In this document: positions 1 to 13,193 of the stretch, piece after piece | Layout of the letters: the number at the start of each line of letters is the position of its first letter | Numbering within the stretch: the first letter of the stretch is position 1 | Origin: Okamejei kenojei | Taxonomy: Eukaryota | Direction of reading: 5' to 3' | DNA length: 64,000 nucleotides | Assembly: GCA_035221665.1 (NCBI GenBank) | Contig: CM069163.1 | Coordinates: forward strand, 21,266,001 to 21,330,000 | Program-made: the position numbers and the translations under genes | Notes under the pieces: model-generated | What the model was told of the DNA's origin: nothing | The model's input: the letters and a program-made list of their open reading frames with translations, nothing else | Databases searched by the model: none

Positions 1-1805
1 AAGCCATACCTACTTATACATATACCTCATATAGTTTCAGACTATGTAAAAATATTAAGAATTCACATAGTCAGATAAGGAAACCATCATCATTTATCAG
101 TAAAGGAGCAGCTTTTAGGAATGAATGTCACATGGACTAATTTTTCTGTTTAGAACCTCTGAGTGTTATCCAAATCATATGACCTGTCATGATTATTTCT
201 CCATAAGTCATGCTCTTTTAAGTAAGTTTTGATCTTGATAAATTGATTGACTTTGCATTTTTCATTTGGAGTTGCCAACTTCATTTTCCTCAGCAAAAAA
301 TGTTCCATGAATTATTTTGTCGTAGTAACTTCATGCCCAATGTCAATATTTTATATATCCTGAAAATAACCTGAAAGTTACTAACATTTGAGAATAACAT
401 GTATCAGGAATAACATGTATAGAGAACACAAAGGATTTTAACATTCATTCCAGCACTTGGTCCTGTGGGTCCTGTGTGATGGCACAGGAAATATTAAGGC
501 AAGCATTGGGCAAAGCTAATACCAGAAGGCAAGTTATTATTTCAAGATGAATTGTTTTTGTAAGTGTGCTGTCATTATTTTACTACATATAGTTACAATG
601 GGAATATATGAAAAGCATTTATGAGTCAATTTGAAACATAGGATCCTCAGCAAAGTACTGAAATTATTTTAATCCTATTGCTTCAGGAATTTTATATAGT
701 GGGTGACTAAATTATTAGGTCAGATACATGCCTTCAATTCCAATAAGCATCCTTATTATAAGAAGTTCTGCAGGAGGGCTAAAGATTAAAATTAGCCGCC
801 AGCCTTAAATTAATTTATAAATTGATTTAAAATATATTTTAAAATCCATACCACTATTTCAGAGGGATGGTGAGTAATCCATGCAGTGAATTGTTCCAAT
901 TTTGCCAGAATTTTTTAAATATACTGATTGCAGAAGGAGCAGCTGTTTGCCCTTTTCACCATATTGTCCAATCTGCCAAATCAGAATAGTATAAATGTAC
1001 TTCGAAAGGAGATTAGTTGGACCAAAATCCAACTACTAAAGGGAATAAATATAGTCTTTATTAATTGAAAGACATGTTATTATTGTTGCCAGCACCATGC
1101 AATTCAAGATGTTGGTTTGGTACTTTATGTTCTTTTCAAAATAGCTTGCACAGCACTCTCAAAGAATATGGGCAGGTTTATCCCAGAGTGACTCAAACAA
1201 TACGATTTAAATATACAGTCAGAGGACTGGTTTGCACCGTCCATAGTCCGATGGTGTTGAAGCATTATTTGCACTGCAGAATATTAAGTTACCTCCGTGT
1301 TCACGGAACATAGATTCAGATAGGATTTCTCCATCCATTGTTAATAAATTATGGCGAATATGGCGAACCCCATTAGCCCTGCACCACTCTGTGAATCATA
1401 CAGGTTTATTAAAAATGCTACATTTCTAGACATGTATCTGATGTTATTGCTCCAGTTTTATATCAGTGGTATAATTTCACTCAGAAACAACTAACGATAA
1501 TATTAATCCACTACCCTCTTGACTCTTGATTTGACTCATGACTCCATTCAGTAACAAGGAAAAGATCTCTTCTAAATTTTGGTCAGGTTTGAGGACTATA
1601 AATCTATTTATAAATGTACCCTCTGGTGATGTGCTTAATTTCCAGGCAGAATTATTGGAATCGTATTTTCTGGTTGCAAATGTAGACCCCACTGTATATT
1701 GGTGACTGGTTCCGTGCAGTGACTGATTATGGAGCAAGATGCTACCACGGGTGACATGATAATTACATTTCTCTGAATCAGTCAATCTGTTTTTTATCAC
1801 TACAG

Positions 1806-1859
1806 GGAAATCCAGGATTACAGGGTTTACCTGGAATGAGGGGGAAAATTGGAATAGCT
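1806..1859 (+). CDS. Collagen exon, 54 bp: GNPGLQGLPGMRGKIGIA
   Basis: Acceptor tttttatcactacag, six Gly-X-Y triplets, donor gtgagt. Confidence 0.93.
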
Positions 1860-1882
1860 GTGAGTATTTGATCCTTTCTCAG

Positions 1883-3947
1883 GGTGCCCGGACGTGGCGC
1901 CGACGGACAAGAATCCGAAGCAAAGACGTCGAAGCCAAAGGACGGAATGGAAACGAGGCCGAAACGCCAATAAACCGAAAGAGTCCAAAGACGAAACGCC
2001 AACCAGCCGAAAGGATGGGACGCCTAAATGCAAACTAACCGAAAGGGCGGGACGCCTAAATCCCAAAGAACCAAAAAGCTGCGTCGCCTAAAAGTAAACT
2101 TACCGAATGGCCGCTCTGTTGAAATGCCACCTACCCGAAAGGCGGCGTCGCCTACAGGCTAAAGGACCGACTGCCGCTCAACGGAAAAGTCCAATAAGGG
2201 ACTTGTCAGCGATTGGTCCAGACCCCCGCGTCCATCACATCACTGTGAAGGCATGAACATTGTCCCAAACCTCCGCTCCACCCGACCCGCAGCCCGCGGA
2301 GGGTGGCCGTGGGAGAGTGGGGGCTGTCCCGAGGAATGCTCACCTTCGGCCGCTTTCAACTTGGTGCTTGGGTTCAGATTGCCCAGTCACCCATGGCTTG
2401 TGTGGGAAAATGAACCCCACGCTCCCGTCTCCCCTCTTCTCTCTCCCCTCTTCTCTCTCCTCTTCTCTCTCCCTCATCTCTATCTTTCCTCTCCCCTCTT
2501 CTCTTCACTACTCTCCCCCCTCTCTCTCCCCCCCTCTCTCTCTCCCCCTCTCTCCCCCCCTCTCTCTCCTCCCCCTCTCTCTCTCTCCCCTCTCTTCTCT
2601 CCCCCCTCTCCTCCTCCCCTCTCTCTCTCTCCTCTCCATCTCNNNNNNNNNNNNNNNNNNNNNNNNNNNNNNNNNNNNNNNNNNNNNNNNNNNNNNNNNN
2701 NNNNNNNNNNNNNNNNNNNNNNNNNNNNNNNNNNNNNNNNNNNNNNNNNNNNNNNNNNNNNNNNNNNNNNNNNNNNNNNNNNNNNNNNNNNNNNNNNNNN
2801 NNNNNNNNNNNNNNNNNNNNNNNNNNNNNNNNNNNNNNNNNNNNNNNNNNNNNNNNNNNNNNNNNNNNNNNNNNNNNNNNNNNNNNNNNNNNNNNNNNNN
2901 NNNNNNNNNNCCCCCTCTCTCTCCCCCCCTCTCTCTCCCCCCCTTCTCTCTCTCCCCCCTCCTCTCTCTCCCCCCCTTCTCTTTCTCCCCCCTCTCCTCC
3001 CCCCCTCTCTCCTTCCCCCCCTATCTCTCCCCCCCCTCTCTCTCTCCCCCCCCTCTCTCTCCCCCTCTCCTCCCCCCTCTCTCTCCCCCCCTCTCTCTCC
3101 CCCCCTCTCTCTCCTCCTCCCTCTCTCTCTCCCCCCCTCTGACTGCGGTCGGAGGAGGGGGGGGGGGGGGACACCCTGGTGTGGAGGTTGGAGTCCGATG
3201 GCAGTGCGTCACAGTCAGTGACTGTGGGACGTTCCCGTGGGTGGAGACGGAGGAGAGGGAGAGAGAGAAGGGAGAGGGGGAGAGAGAGAGAAGGGAGAGG
3301 CGAGGAGTGGAGAGAGAAGAGTGGAGAGAGAAGAGCGGAGAGAGAAGGGAGAGAGAGAGAGGAAAAGAGAGAAGAGGGGAGAGAGAAGGGGTAGACGGGA
3401 GCGTGGGGTTCATTTTCCCACACAAGCCATAGGTGACTGGGCAATCTGAACCCAAGCACCAAGTTGTAAGTGGCCGAAGGCGTGCATCGCTCGGGACAGC
3501 CCCCACTCCCCACGGGCTGCGGGTCGGGTGGAGCGGAGGTTCGGGACAATGTTCATGCCTTCACAGTGATGTGATGGACGCGGGGGTCTGGACCAATCGC
3601 TGACAAGTCCCTCCCCCCGGCAACGTCAAGTCCGTTATTGGACTTTTCTGTTGAGCGGCAGTCGGTCCTTTAGCCTGTAGGCGGCGCCGCCTTTCGGGTA
3701 GGTGGCATTTCGACAGAGCGGCCATTCGGTAAGTTTGCTTTTTGGCGACGCAGCTTTCAGTTCCTTAGGTTTTAGGTGTCCCGCCCTTTCGGTTAGTTTG
3801 CATTTAGGCGTCCCATCCTTTCGTCCGTAGGCGTTTCGTCTTTGGACTCTTTCGGTTTATTGGCGTTTCGGCCTCGTTTCCATTCCGTTCTTTGGCTTCG
3901 ACGTCTTTGCTTCGGCCTCTCGTCCGTCGGCGCCACGTCCGGGCACG
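1883..3947. mobile_element. Foldback-type non-autonomous DNA transposon with long terminal inverted repeats (Mutator/FB-like)
   Basis: About 1883-2460 is the reverse complement of about 3360-3947. Termini gGTGCCCGGACGTGG...CCACGTCCGGGCACg. 8-bp direct repeat TTTCTCAG at 1875-1882 and 3948-3955. Subterminal ACGCC..CCGAA repeats; CT-rich centre containing a gap. Confidence 0.85.
2643..2910. other. Assembly gap (268 N)
   Basis: N run inside a CT-rich tract. Confidence 1.
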
Positions 3948-4826
3948 TTTCTCAGTTTGGCAATTTAGATATATATATTCCTTATTGGTGTAACATATAT
4001 TTCAGGTTCAGAAATTTATATTAAAAAATTGCATATTCTACAATCTTAGATATGAATGTTTGACGAAACTACAATAAATTTCTATTTGTGCTGATTTGAA
4101 GATTCAAATCAAAATAGTCAGGAGCTCCAAAATTCATCAACACAACACTCATGTTTTATGCATTGCACAGACAGAAAATAACAGTACTGCAACATTTAGT
4201 GGTTTTCCATAAATATCTCAGAGTTAATGACACCCATTAATATTGTTTGGACTTTGTGCTTCAAAGAACTTTTGTACTGTAGTGTTGCTCTCCTGGCATC
4301 TGGCCCACCCAAATGACACAATGGTGGTATAACACCCAAAATTCATTGGCAGCAACAATTTTGATCTGAAGGCCAACTTGTATACATACTCAAATAGAAA
4401 ACAGCTTTTTTATTAATCCTCAAGCTTCATGGCAGTACTTTTCAGAGAAACACGACAAATAATGGACAGCAAAAGAATGTTTGCTCACAATGAGCAAAAT
4501 TCAAATCTCTTGATCGAGATACATTTCTTCTGAGATCATACACAGAGCGTTGCGGAACCCGCTGGATTACAAACCTTAAGTAAATTGATCATACTTGAGA
4601 TCCTGTTCACCACAGAGACCAGCAGGTTGTTTCTACGGGTCCCTTCTTAAAACATCGTGGCCAGGAGAAATCTTTGAAATGAAATGATTCCACTTACTTT
4701 GAGTCAGTTTAACCGGAGAGAGAGGGACATCAGTTTATATAATCCAACTAGATTTGATGAAAAAGATTGTAGGATCTGGTGGTCTATCAACATATGGTGC
4801 AGGTGCTGTGAGTCCAGTAACGAACT

Positions 4827-4907
4827 GATCCGAAACGTCACCCATTCCTTCTCTCCAGAGATGCTGCTTGTCCTGTTGAGTTACTCCAGCTTTTTGTGTC
4901 TATCTCC
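4827..4907 (+). mobile_element. Penelope-type terminal repeat (pLTR) fragment with only the 3' half of the hammerhead motif
   Basis: CCGAAACGTCACCCATTCCTTCTCTCCAGAGATGCTGC matches the copies at 13080-13190 and 18850-18960. Confidence 0.7.
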
Positions 4908-5001
4908 AGTCATTGTGTAGCCTTGTTGCAGACATCTCAGCCCTGACCCACTATGCTGCTTGTCCCAACCCATCCAGATGTTTTTCTGTACAATAGAGGG
5001 T

Positions 5002-6518
5002 GTCATAAGGTCGTGATAGGAGTAGAATTATGCCATTTGGCGCAAAAAAATCTACTCTGCCATTCAATGATGGCTGATCTATCTCTACCTCCTGGCCTAA
5101 TTCTTCTGCCTTCTCCCCATAACCTCTGACACCTGCACTAATCAAGAATCTATCTATATCTGCTTTAAAAATATCCACTAACTTGGCCACAACCATCTGT
5201 GGCAAAGAATTCCGCAGATTCACCACCCTTTGACTGAAGAAATCTCTCCTCATCTCCTTCCTAAAAGAACTTCCTTTAATTCTGAAGCTATGATCTCTAG
5301 TCCTGGACTCTCGCACTCGTGGAACCATGCTCTCCACATCTACTCTATCCAAGCCTTTCACTATTCTGTATGTTTCAATGAGGTCCCCACTCATTCTTCT
5401 AAACTCCAACGAGTACAGGTCAGTGCCGATATACTCATCATAGGTTAACCTACTCATTCCTGGGATCATTCGTGTAAACCTCTTCTGTACCCTATCCAGA
5501 GGCAGCACATTCTTCCTCAGATATGGTGCCCAAAATTACTCTCAATAATCCAAATGTGACCATACCTACGCCTTATAGCGCCTCAGCATTGCATCCCTGT
5601 TTTTGTATATAAGCCCTCTTCAAATAAATGCTAGCATTGAGTTTGCTTTCTTTACTACTGATTCGACTTGCAGATTATTTTTTGGGGAATCCTGCACCAG
5701 CACTCCCAAGTCATTTTGCACCTGCCATTTCTGGATTCTCTCCCCCCCCCCCCCCCAATTTAGAAAATAGTCTACGCCTTTAGTCCTACCACAAAAATGC
5801 ATGACCGCACTTTGCTACACTATATTCCATCTGCCACTTCTCTGCCCACTCTCCCAACCTGTCCAGGTCCTTCTGCAGAGTCCCTGCTTTCTCTACACTA
5901 CCTGCCCTTCCGCCTATTTGCGTACCTTCCGCAAACTTGGCCACAAAGCCTTCAACCCCCTCGTCCAAATCATTATATATAACGTGAAGAGTAGCGGCCC
6001 CAGCCCCGACCCCTACGGAACTTCGCTAGTCAAAGGCAACCGACGTGAAAAATCCCCCTTTATTGTCACTGTCTTCTACCATCCAGCCAACCTGCTATCC
6101 ATGCTGATATCTACTCTTTGATATTCATCTTCCTGAGTAGCCTCACGTTTGGTACCTTAACAAAGACTTTCTGAAAATCTGAGTAAACAACATCTACTGA
6201 CTCTCCTTTGTCTGTCCTGCTATTTACTTCTTCAAAGAATTCCAGCAAATTAGTCAAGCAAGACCACCCCTTCACAAAGCCATGCTGACGTCGGCCTATT
6301 TTATCGTGAACCTCATCCTTTATAATGGACTCTAAAATCTTACCATGCACCGGAGTCAGACTAACCGGGCTATAGTTCCCACTATTCTGATTTGCTCCCT
6401 TCTTGTGCAGCGTGGTAATATTGGCAACTTTCCTTTCATCTGGGACCTCTTCTGTCTCTAGTGATTTTTGAAATATCACTGTCAGTGCTTCCACAATCTA
6501 TAAAGCCACCTCTTTCAG
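5002..6518 (-). mobile_element. CR1-clade LINE, 5'-truncated and frameshifted (RT, C-terminus, 3' UTR)
   Basis: Minus ORFs 6111..6494 (QHGFVKGWSCLTNLLEFFEEV), 5786..5968 and 4951..5508 (RVQKRFTRMIPG..GDLIETY..FFSQRVVN). Confidence 0.9.
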
Positions 6519-7348
6519 GTGGGGGTGGTACCCACTCATGATTTGGACTAAAGATCCAAGAGTGAATGTATTAATTCTTCAAGGCACTCCAAGCAGAGTT
6601 ATATTCAAGGTGTATGTATATACTTTGTTAATTAAAATACATTAATCTTTACACTGGAAGTGTTCATAATGAGCACGCAGACAGAAATTGTCCTGACTAT
6701 GTGTCAGGTATTTGGCTCGTGAATGTAAAGATCAATTATAACATATCGTCATCCAGTAATTAAAACCGATCCTTCACAAAATTCAGAGCTGCGCTATAAC
6801 CTCTATACATTTAAAGGTCAATTGTACTCAGTGCAAACCCACTATTGTTGATGCCAGCGGACGAATGGGCTTGTAAATGGCCCACATTTTCCAGTTGCTT
6901 TGATGATGCAGCTATTACCATTTGCTGCCAACACACCTTGGAATTGACAGCAACTTCAGGATTTCTGTGTGTGCATAGTTTACCTGTAAATCCTGCAGTT
7001 GGAGTCAGCGATTCAGCCATCTTTATAAGCTATACTGTTTTCAGCCTTTTTCAACTGAACAAAAGGTAAATCAGTTGAGCTGCTGTGAGGTTAAAATTCT
7101 TAACAACTACTTTTGCTGTAAAATATCTTAAAATTACATTATGTAAAAACAGAACATGCAACAGGCCAAGCAGCATCTGTGGAAAGAGAAACAGTTAATG
7201 CTTCAATAACCCATTGTCATACTTAAAACTAGAAAGCAACAAAAGCAAGGAAATTGTCATAGCCCTTCACAAATCAACGGTCAGCTTTCAGCTGGAATAT
7301 TGCATATTGATACACTTCTTTGATTTGTTACTTGCATTTTGTTTTCAG

Positions 7349-7402
7349 GGAATAATTGGTGATAACGGTCCTGTTGGAATACCAGGACCCCCTGGCCTTG
7401 AG
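7349..7402 (+). CDS. Collagen exon, 54 bp: GIIGDNGPVGIPGPPGLE
   Basis: Acceptor ttttgttttcag, donor gtaagt; peptide visible in ORF 7214..7450. Confidence 0.95.
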
Positions 7403-7959
7403 GTAAGTATAAAGATATTAATAATGATTGCAAATAAAACTTGCGTTTAAGCTGACTGCATACTGCTTAAAATCATCATCCTTTCCCTTGATCTCTATTT
7501 TTATTGCTTCTGCATTTGCAGATTGCATTTTTCTAGGACCTGCACACATATCAATAAATGAAATCCACATAATCTAATATTGCCATAATGTTGTGTAATA
7601 ACCAGTAATTGTAATCACATTGAACCTTCATTCAATCAGGACAAATCATGGAAAATATTCAAGTTTACAATTAAGTCATAAACAGTGTGCATGCATGTGG
7701 TTTTTTTTCAAGGCAAATTATTTTTAATAAATGCTTAAAATAAACGCTTGTGTAGGAACTGGAAGCTGCCAGTACACATGTTCTCAATATGGAAATCAAA
7801 TGGCGAGTTATTGTCCTCGATTGTAACGTTGGGGAGGAGGAAAAGTACACATAAGCTCCAGATTGAAAGCCACAACATTTTGATGGAAAGAACTAAAAGC
7901 AAATTGATGCTCAAAAAAATATTTAGTACCAGTCATTGGATATAAAATATTTACGGTTA

Positions 7960-9255
7960 AACTAATGTAGGGAAAGGCAATTGAGCGACATGAAGGGCAG
8001 GGTTGAAGAACGTCAGCATCAGGACCAATAATAATTTTACATACCTGCACAAATTAAATATCAAGGAACTTGGGATGCAACAGTGTTTGCAAAAGGTTAA
8101 TCAGTTGAGATGTGAGACTAGGAGAGTAGGGAAAGTGAATGGTGTGGAAGATCAAGGGGATCTTGAAATGTATATGTGCAGATCCTTAGGTACATCCGGT
8201 TAAAAATGCAGCAGAATACAAAAAAAAGCAGTGAAGCTATAGAATTTGAAAACAGCAAGGCAATCAGGTGAAGTCAATGCTGTTTTCTGTAAGGAATTTC
8301 ATATTTGGCCAATTTATTGAAGTTCTTTTCATGTATAACTTTGAATTCCTTGAATTTGTACAAAGGATAAAAGGGAACCAGATCTACCCAGATTAAGATC
8401 CAGAAAGAATATGATCAGGTGCCTCATTCAAAGATTACTGTGGAAAATACAAACTTATGGTGTCAGAGATAATGTGTGGCTTTATAGAAAATTGACACGT
8501 GAAAATGAAATGGAGAATACGAATAAAAATGTATTTTCTTGTTGAGCAAAATGTATTGAATGATGCGTCACTGGGACTGGGGCCACAAGTTATGCAAATA
8601 TACATAGCTTTTATAAATGACTTACAGTAGATGAGAGCTCCAAAGATTTGATTGCTAAGTAGGTTGATGTCACAAAGATGGGTTAGAAAGTAAGTCATGA
8701 ATACTATAAAAGAAGACTATAAAGAAATTTGGACTTGAAGGGTTTGGGGTGGCGCCTAGAAAGTCGTGACACGTGTAATAACTCAGTGTGGTTTACTATC
8801 TTACGCTCTTAAGGAAGGATGCAAACATGTTAGAGGCAGTCCAGAGAAGGTTTACTAGACTGATACTGAACTGGATGGTTTATCTTCTGAGAAAAAGTTG
8901 GACGTGAGTGGTTTAATCCTGAAGTTGGAAAGAGTGAGAACAAATCAGTCGGAAGTAAATATAATCCTGGGGCCATTTGACGAGGTGGATGTGGCGAGGA
9001 TAATCTAGGATTTTGGATTAATGTTAAAAGATTGCGTGGAGGGGGTGGGTGACCCATTTAAGGCAGAGTTAAAGTGAATATTTTTCTCCCAATACATTGT
9101 GAGTTTGTGACTTTCTTCCCCAAAGGCCGGTGGAGTTAAAAGTTATTGATTGATAGGCTGAAAAATAAAATTGTGGTTGTAATCAGATGAATCATGATCC
9201 TGTTAAATATTGCAGCAGATTCCAGGTCCAAGTGGCCCACTCCTACTCCTGATTC
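7960..9255 (+). mobile_element. Old, degenerate CR1 LINE fragments
   Basis: Decayed similarity to the younger CR1 copies (ccaatttattgaagttcttt; gtccagagaaggtttactagactgatac; 3' tail ggcccactcctactcct). Confidence 0.6.
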
Positions 9256-9396
9256 ACCTAATTATTTATATCGCTGATTAAATCTCAGTTTAAGTAGTGC
9301 CTATAGTTTTGGTCACCACGTTACAGGATCGTTTTGTTTTCATTGGAGAGAGTTGTGAGGAAATTAATATTTTTAGTTGCCATGATTGGAAAATTT

Positions 9397-10302
9397 CAGG
9401 GGCGGAAACCGCTATCAAAACATTTGGGGGGGGGGGGGGAACACAATTTCTCGGCGGGCGTCTGCGCATGCGCGCGCGCACACATACATGCGAGGCTTCG
9501 GAGGCTTCAGCCGTGGGCCCTGTGGACGGTAACATCGGGAGCTGACCTAGTTGGTGACCGACTCCGAACTCCAGCAACAGCAGCTTCGTCCGCCCCGAAT
9601 CATGGGGCTTGAATCGTCCTGTTCGAGGGGCCTTTCATCGCCCAGCGCAGCTTAAAATTCGGCGGGGGCTTCAACATCGGGAGCTTCTATCACCCTGATG
9701 CAGCAGTTTGATTTTAAGCCACGCCAGGCGATAAAAGGCCCAGTGAACGGGCTGATTCAGCCTTTAGAAAGCGTCTGATACCCACTTGAATCTTTCAAAA
9801 GCTACAATGTGATAAATAACAAAACAAATAAAACTGAGCAAATAAAGGCAAACAGAAGAACCAATCTTGGAAGGGGGAGAGAGAGAGAGATGGGATAAAA
9901 AGTGCTATGTGAGTGATCTGAATGAGGGACTTACCTGCAAACCAGACAGGAAACCCACTTGACCGGATTCCTTAATGACCTGACCCGTTTAAATCTGATA
10001 CCTGTTTAAATCTTTCCCATCCACCAATACATCCAATTAGTTCAAATGGTAATTGTACCCACATCAGACAGCTTTGGAAGGTCAAAACACAATTGGTGAC
10101 ACATCGTGTTAATACAATGTTAATAGAGACATTTAACAAGTGCTTAACAGTGACATCCCCACTGTCTCACAGAAAGAAGAGATTTTAATAGTTTCTTTTT
10201 CACCAAATATCAAAATCCGGATTACAAAACATGGGGGGGGATTGTTCCCCACCTCTCAAAACATGAGGGGGACGTGTCCCCTATCCGGTCACCCCCCCCA
10301 TG
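9397..10302. mobile_element. Non-autonomous hAT-like DNA transposon
   Basis: Begins CAGGGG and ends CCCATG; 8-bp direct repeat GAAAATTT at 9389-9396 and 10303-10310; CAAAACAT-G-run subterminal motifs at both ends; CpG-rich interior. Confidence 0.65.
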
Positions 10303-10314
10303 GAAAATTTGAAC

Positions 10315-10700
10315 TGTGAGAAAAGATTGAATTGGCTGGGGATATTTGCTTTGAAGTGACAGAGAGAAGATTTGACTGAGATAAATAAAATGATCAGGGA
10401 CCTTCGTGAAATGGGAAAAATCCACTTCCCTCAGCACAGGGGTCAAAACCAGAGACAAAGATTTATGGAAGGATTTGCCAGAGATGATGGATAAATGGAT
10501 AAAAAGATCACTTGGAGTGAGAGGTTTGAAACTCCCAAAAGGGTGATAGAGGCAACAAAACACATCCCATTTATAAACCACTTGAATGTACTTGAAGAAG
10601 CATGACTTGAGGATTAGGTTGGTAACTCTTTTTTGACGTACAAATATGATGGGCCAAATGGCTTTTCTTTGATTTGTAGGTTTTTTTTTATCATTGTATG
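10315..10700 (+). mobile_element. Degenerate CR1 3' fragment
   Basis: gagaagatttgactgagata, ggtcaaaaccagag and gatgggccaaatggc resemble the CR1 3' region. Confidence 0.5.
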
Positions 10701-10829
10701 TCACTTCCACAGCGTATCAGTGTCATGAAAAGGTGTTGCTGGTGTTGTCATAACACAACTTTGTGACACACAAACTCTCTATGTGAAATTGGATTCACAC
10801 AGCACTTTACATAATAAAAATTACAGATT

Positions 10830-11230
10830 ATTTAACACCTTTAATGTAATAAAACATATCACAATGTGTATTGTGTAGGAGCTTTATCAGATAAAATCTG
10901 ATTCTGAGCCACATAAAGTGATCCTCAAGAGCGGGTCCAATAGTCGAGAGCTTGATCAAATGATTGGATTTGTAGAGTGTTTTAAAGAAGGAGAGAGGGA
11001 TCGTGAGGTTGAGAGTTTTAGAAAGGAAGTTCAAATAATCAACTGATGGCATTAGTGCTGATAGTGAAGTGAAAAAAGAGGGTGCACAAGAGGTCAGAAA
11101 TGATGAGTGCCGATTTCTTGGCAGACTATTGTCTTCCAAGACTGTTGGGGATTGCAGGGATTGAATCTGAGCCAGGCCATAGAGGGATTTAAATACTAGA
11201 ATGAGAAATTTAGAATCCAGGCAATGTTGG
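10830..11230 (-). mobile_element. Degenerate L2-type LINE 3' fragment
   Basis: ORF 10828..11277 contains KFLILVFKSLYGLA, similar to FKILLFVFKSLNGLA in the L2 at 28663. Confidence 0.55.
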
Positions 11231-11721
11231 ACCAGGAGCATTTGTAGAATAATAATAGAATAATGAAAGCCTGACATTTCCGTATTCTAAATAAAAAATT
11301 AGGTCAGGTTTTGTTCCATCTTGGTCTGTTTGATGTTTATGTTGGATATGGACTAACAACAGCTGTTTCCAATACTGTGCGCCTCTTGTTCTCTACTGAG
11401 CCATTGTTCCTATGAGCAACGATACAAGAATCCATGTCCTCCCATTTAGAAACAGTTTTCACACAAAAGGATCAATAAAAGGTAATTGTATTCATGGACC
11501 CACTAAATTGAAAAGCCAGCATGAGAATTTTCTTTCCACTTTAACATGCGATACAAATATATATCAGAAAGCTGTCGCAAAAAAAAAAAGATATTTTAAA
11601 TTCACTGATTGAGGTTCTGCTTTGCTTTCACCAGTTTCCAATGTTTCATTATATAAGTATGTAAATATTTGTACATTACATATATTAGATTGCTGCAACA
11701 GTGAAGCAGATACAGCTCCAT

Positions 11722-11727
11722 CCCACC

Positions 11728-11762
<35 letters not shown>

Positions 11763-11779
11763 CCACCCCACCCCACCCT
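11722..11779. repeat. Poly-C tract
   Basis: Long C run with CCCCA units. Confidence 0.95.
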
Positions 11780-12420
11780 GTGTGATCCTTAGAGCTGAAC
11801 TATCCTTTCACTTCCCCACATATCCAACAGACCTAGAGGCTTTGCTGCCATGGTCTGCAGGTTATCACTGTGTCTCATGCAAAGGATTGAGAGACCAATC
11901 TGTTTTCTTTTGTTTTTTTCTAAATGTCTGAAAATCAGAGACATTTGTAAATAGCTTAAACATATTTACATGTGTTTAAAAATGAAATACAAAAATAATA
12001 CTAGTAGAGTACACAATTGCAATAAGTGGAATAGATTGATGATCTAAATTTCAATGAGGTAGATTATAAATACCCCAGAAGCTATGCATCTGGATCCTAG
12101 TTACACGATAATGTGCAGAAACCAGGTAAGAACCAGCTCTCCACTGGAAATTCTTAAATTGCTGTGAATATATTGTGAAGGTGTTCTTTTTTTTAAAAAC
12201 AGAATTATTGAGATAAATTTAGTGATTTATGTCTGTTATATGCGACTAACGCTTTTGTTTTGAGCTTTAAATTTACCTTATCTATTTGTTCTTCGAAATT
12301 GGGCATCTGATAGTTACTGATTTTATATCGCGTTGTGTGATGATTCAGGATTTTGAGTATAAATTTGCCATTTCTAAGCATATCAAGTATATCCATATGT
12401 GTCAAAGAGGTTAGTGCCAT

Positions 12421-13193
12421 ACTCATCCAACATTTACACCACCAACGGGATTGCACTACTGGCCCCACCTACACCCCTTTCTCCTTTCCGCAGAGACCGT
12501 TCCCTCCGAAACTCCCTGGTCAACCCGTCCCTTCCCACCCAAACCACTCCTTCCCCAGGTACTTTCCCCTGCAACCACAAGAGATGCACCACTTGTCCCA
12601 TCACCTCTCCCCTCGACTCCATCCGAAGAGCCAAACAGTCTTTCCAGGTGAGGCAGAGGTTCACTTGCACCTCCTCCAACCTCATCTACTGTATCCGCTG
12701 TTCCAGGTGCCAACTTCTCTACATCGGTGAGACCAAGCGCAGGCTCGGCGATCATTTCGCTGACCACCTCCGCTCAGTCCTTCTTGACCTACCTGATCAC
12801 CCAGTGGCTCAGCACTTCGACTCCCCCTCCCATTTCTGTCCTGGGCCTCCTCCATTGTCACAGTGAGGCCCAGTGCAAATTGGAGGAACAGCATCTCCTA
12901 TTTTGCTTGGGTAGTTTACATCCCACTGGTATGAACATTTACAGTACTTCTCTAACTTCAGATAGCCCTGGCTTTCCCTCTCTATCCACTCCCCCTTCTC
13001 CCACTAGTCTTACTGTCTCCGACTACATTATATCTTGGTCCCGCCCCCTCCCCTGACATCAGTCTGAAGAAGGGTCTCGACGCGAAACATCGCCCATTCC
13101 TTCTCTCCAGAGATGCTGTCAGACCCGCTGAGTCATTCCAACATTTTGTGTCCACCTTCGATTTAAACCAGCATCTGCAGTTCTTTCCTACAC
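12421..13193 (+). mobile_element. Penelope-like retroelement 3' part: Cys knuckle, GIY-YIG endonuclease, and pLTR with hammerhead motif
   Basis: ORF 12399..12866 has FRRDRSLRNSLV, PCNHKRCTTC (Cx4CxxC linker as in Neptune-type elements) and NLIYCIRC..LLYIGETKRRLGDHFADH (GIY-YIG). CTGAAGA..GAAAC at 13064-13088. Confidence 0.88.
13061..13095 (+). ncRNA. Minimal type I hammerhead ribozyme motif, slightly mutated
   Basis: CTGAAGA-A-GGGTCTCGACGC-GAAAC-ATC: one mismatch in stem II, and ATC instead of GTC. Confidence 0.55.

Noticed and set aside
459-479. GGT CCT GTG GGT CCT GTG (GPVGPV) as an extra collagen exon
   Set aside because: Only two triplets, followed by TGA, with no phase-0 splice sites
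1900-2180. Regularly spaced short repeats that could suggest a CRISPR array
   Set aside because: Degenerate subterminal repeats mirrored in the opposite TIR; no constant repeat with unique spacers, no cas genes, vertebrate context
2253-3549. Long ORFs of 322-391 aa
   Set aside because: They run through CT/GA low-complexity sequence and an N gap inside the foldback element; translations are P/L/S or G/E/R runs
12399-12866. GIY-YIG ORF as a host or domesticated nuclease gene
   Set aside because: 5'-truncated and frameshifted near 12830, followed by a pLTR, with a second decayed copy at 17581; it is a transposon relic
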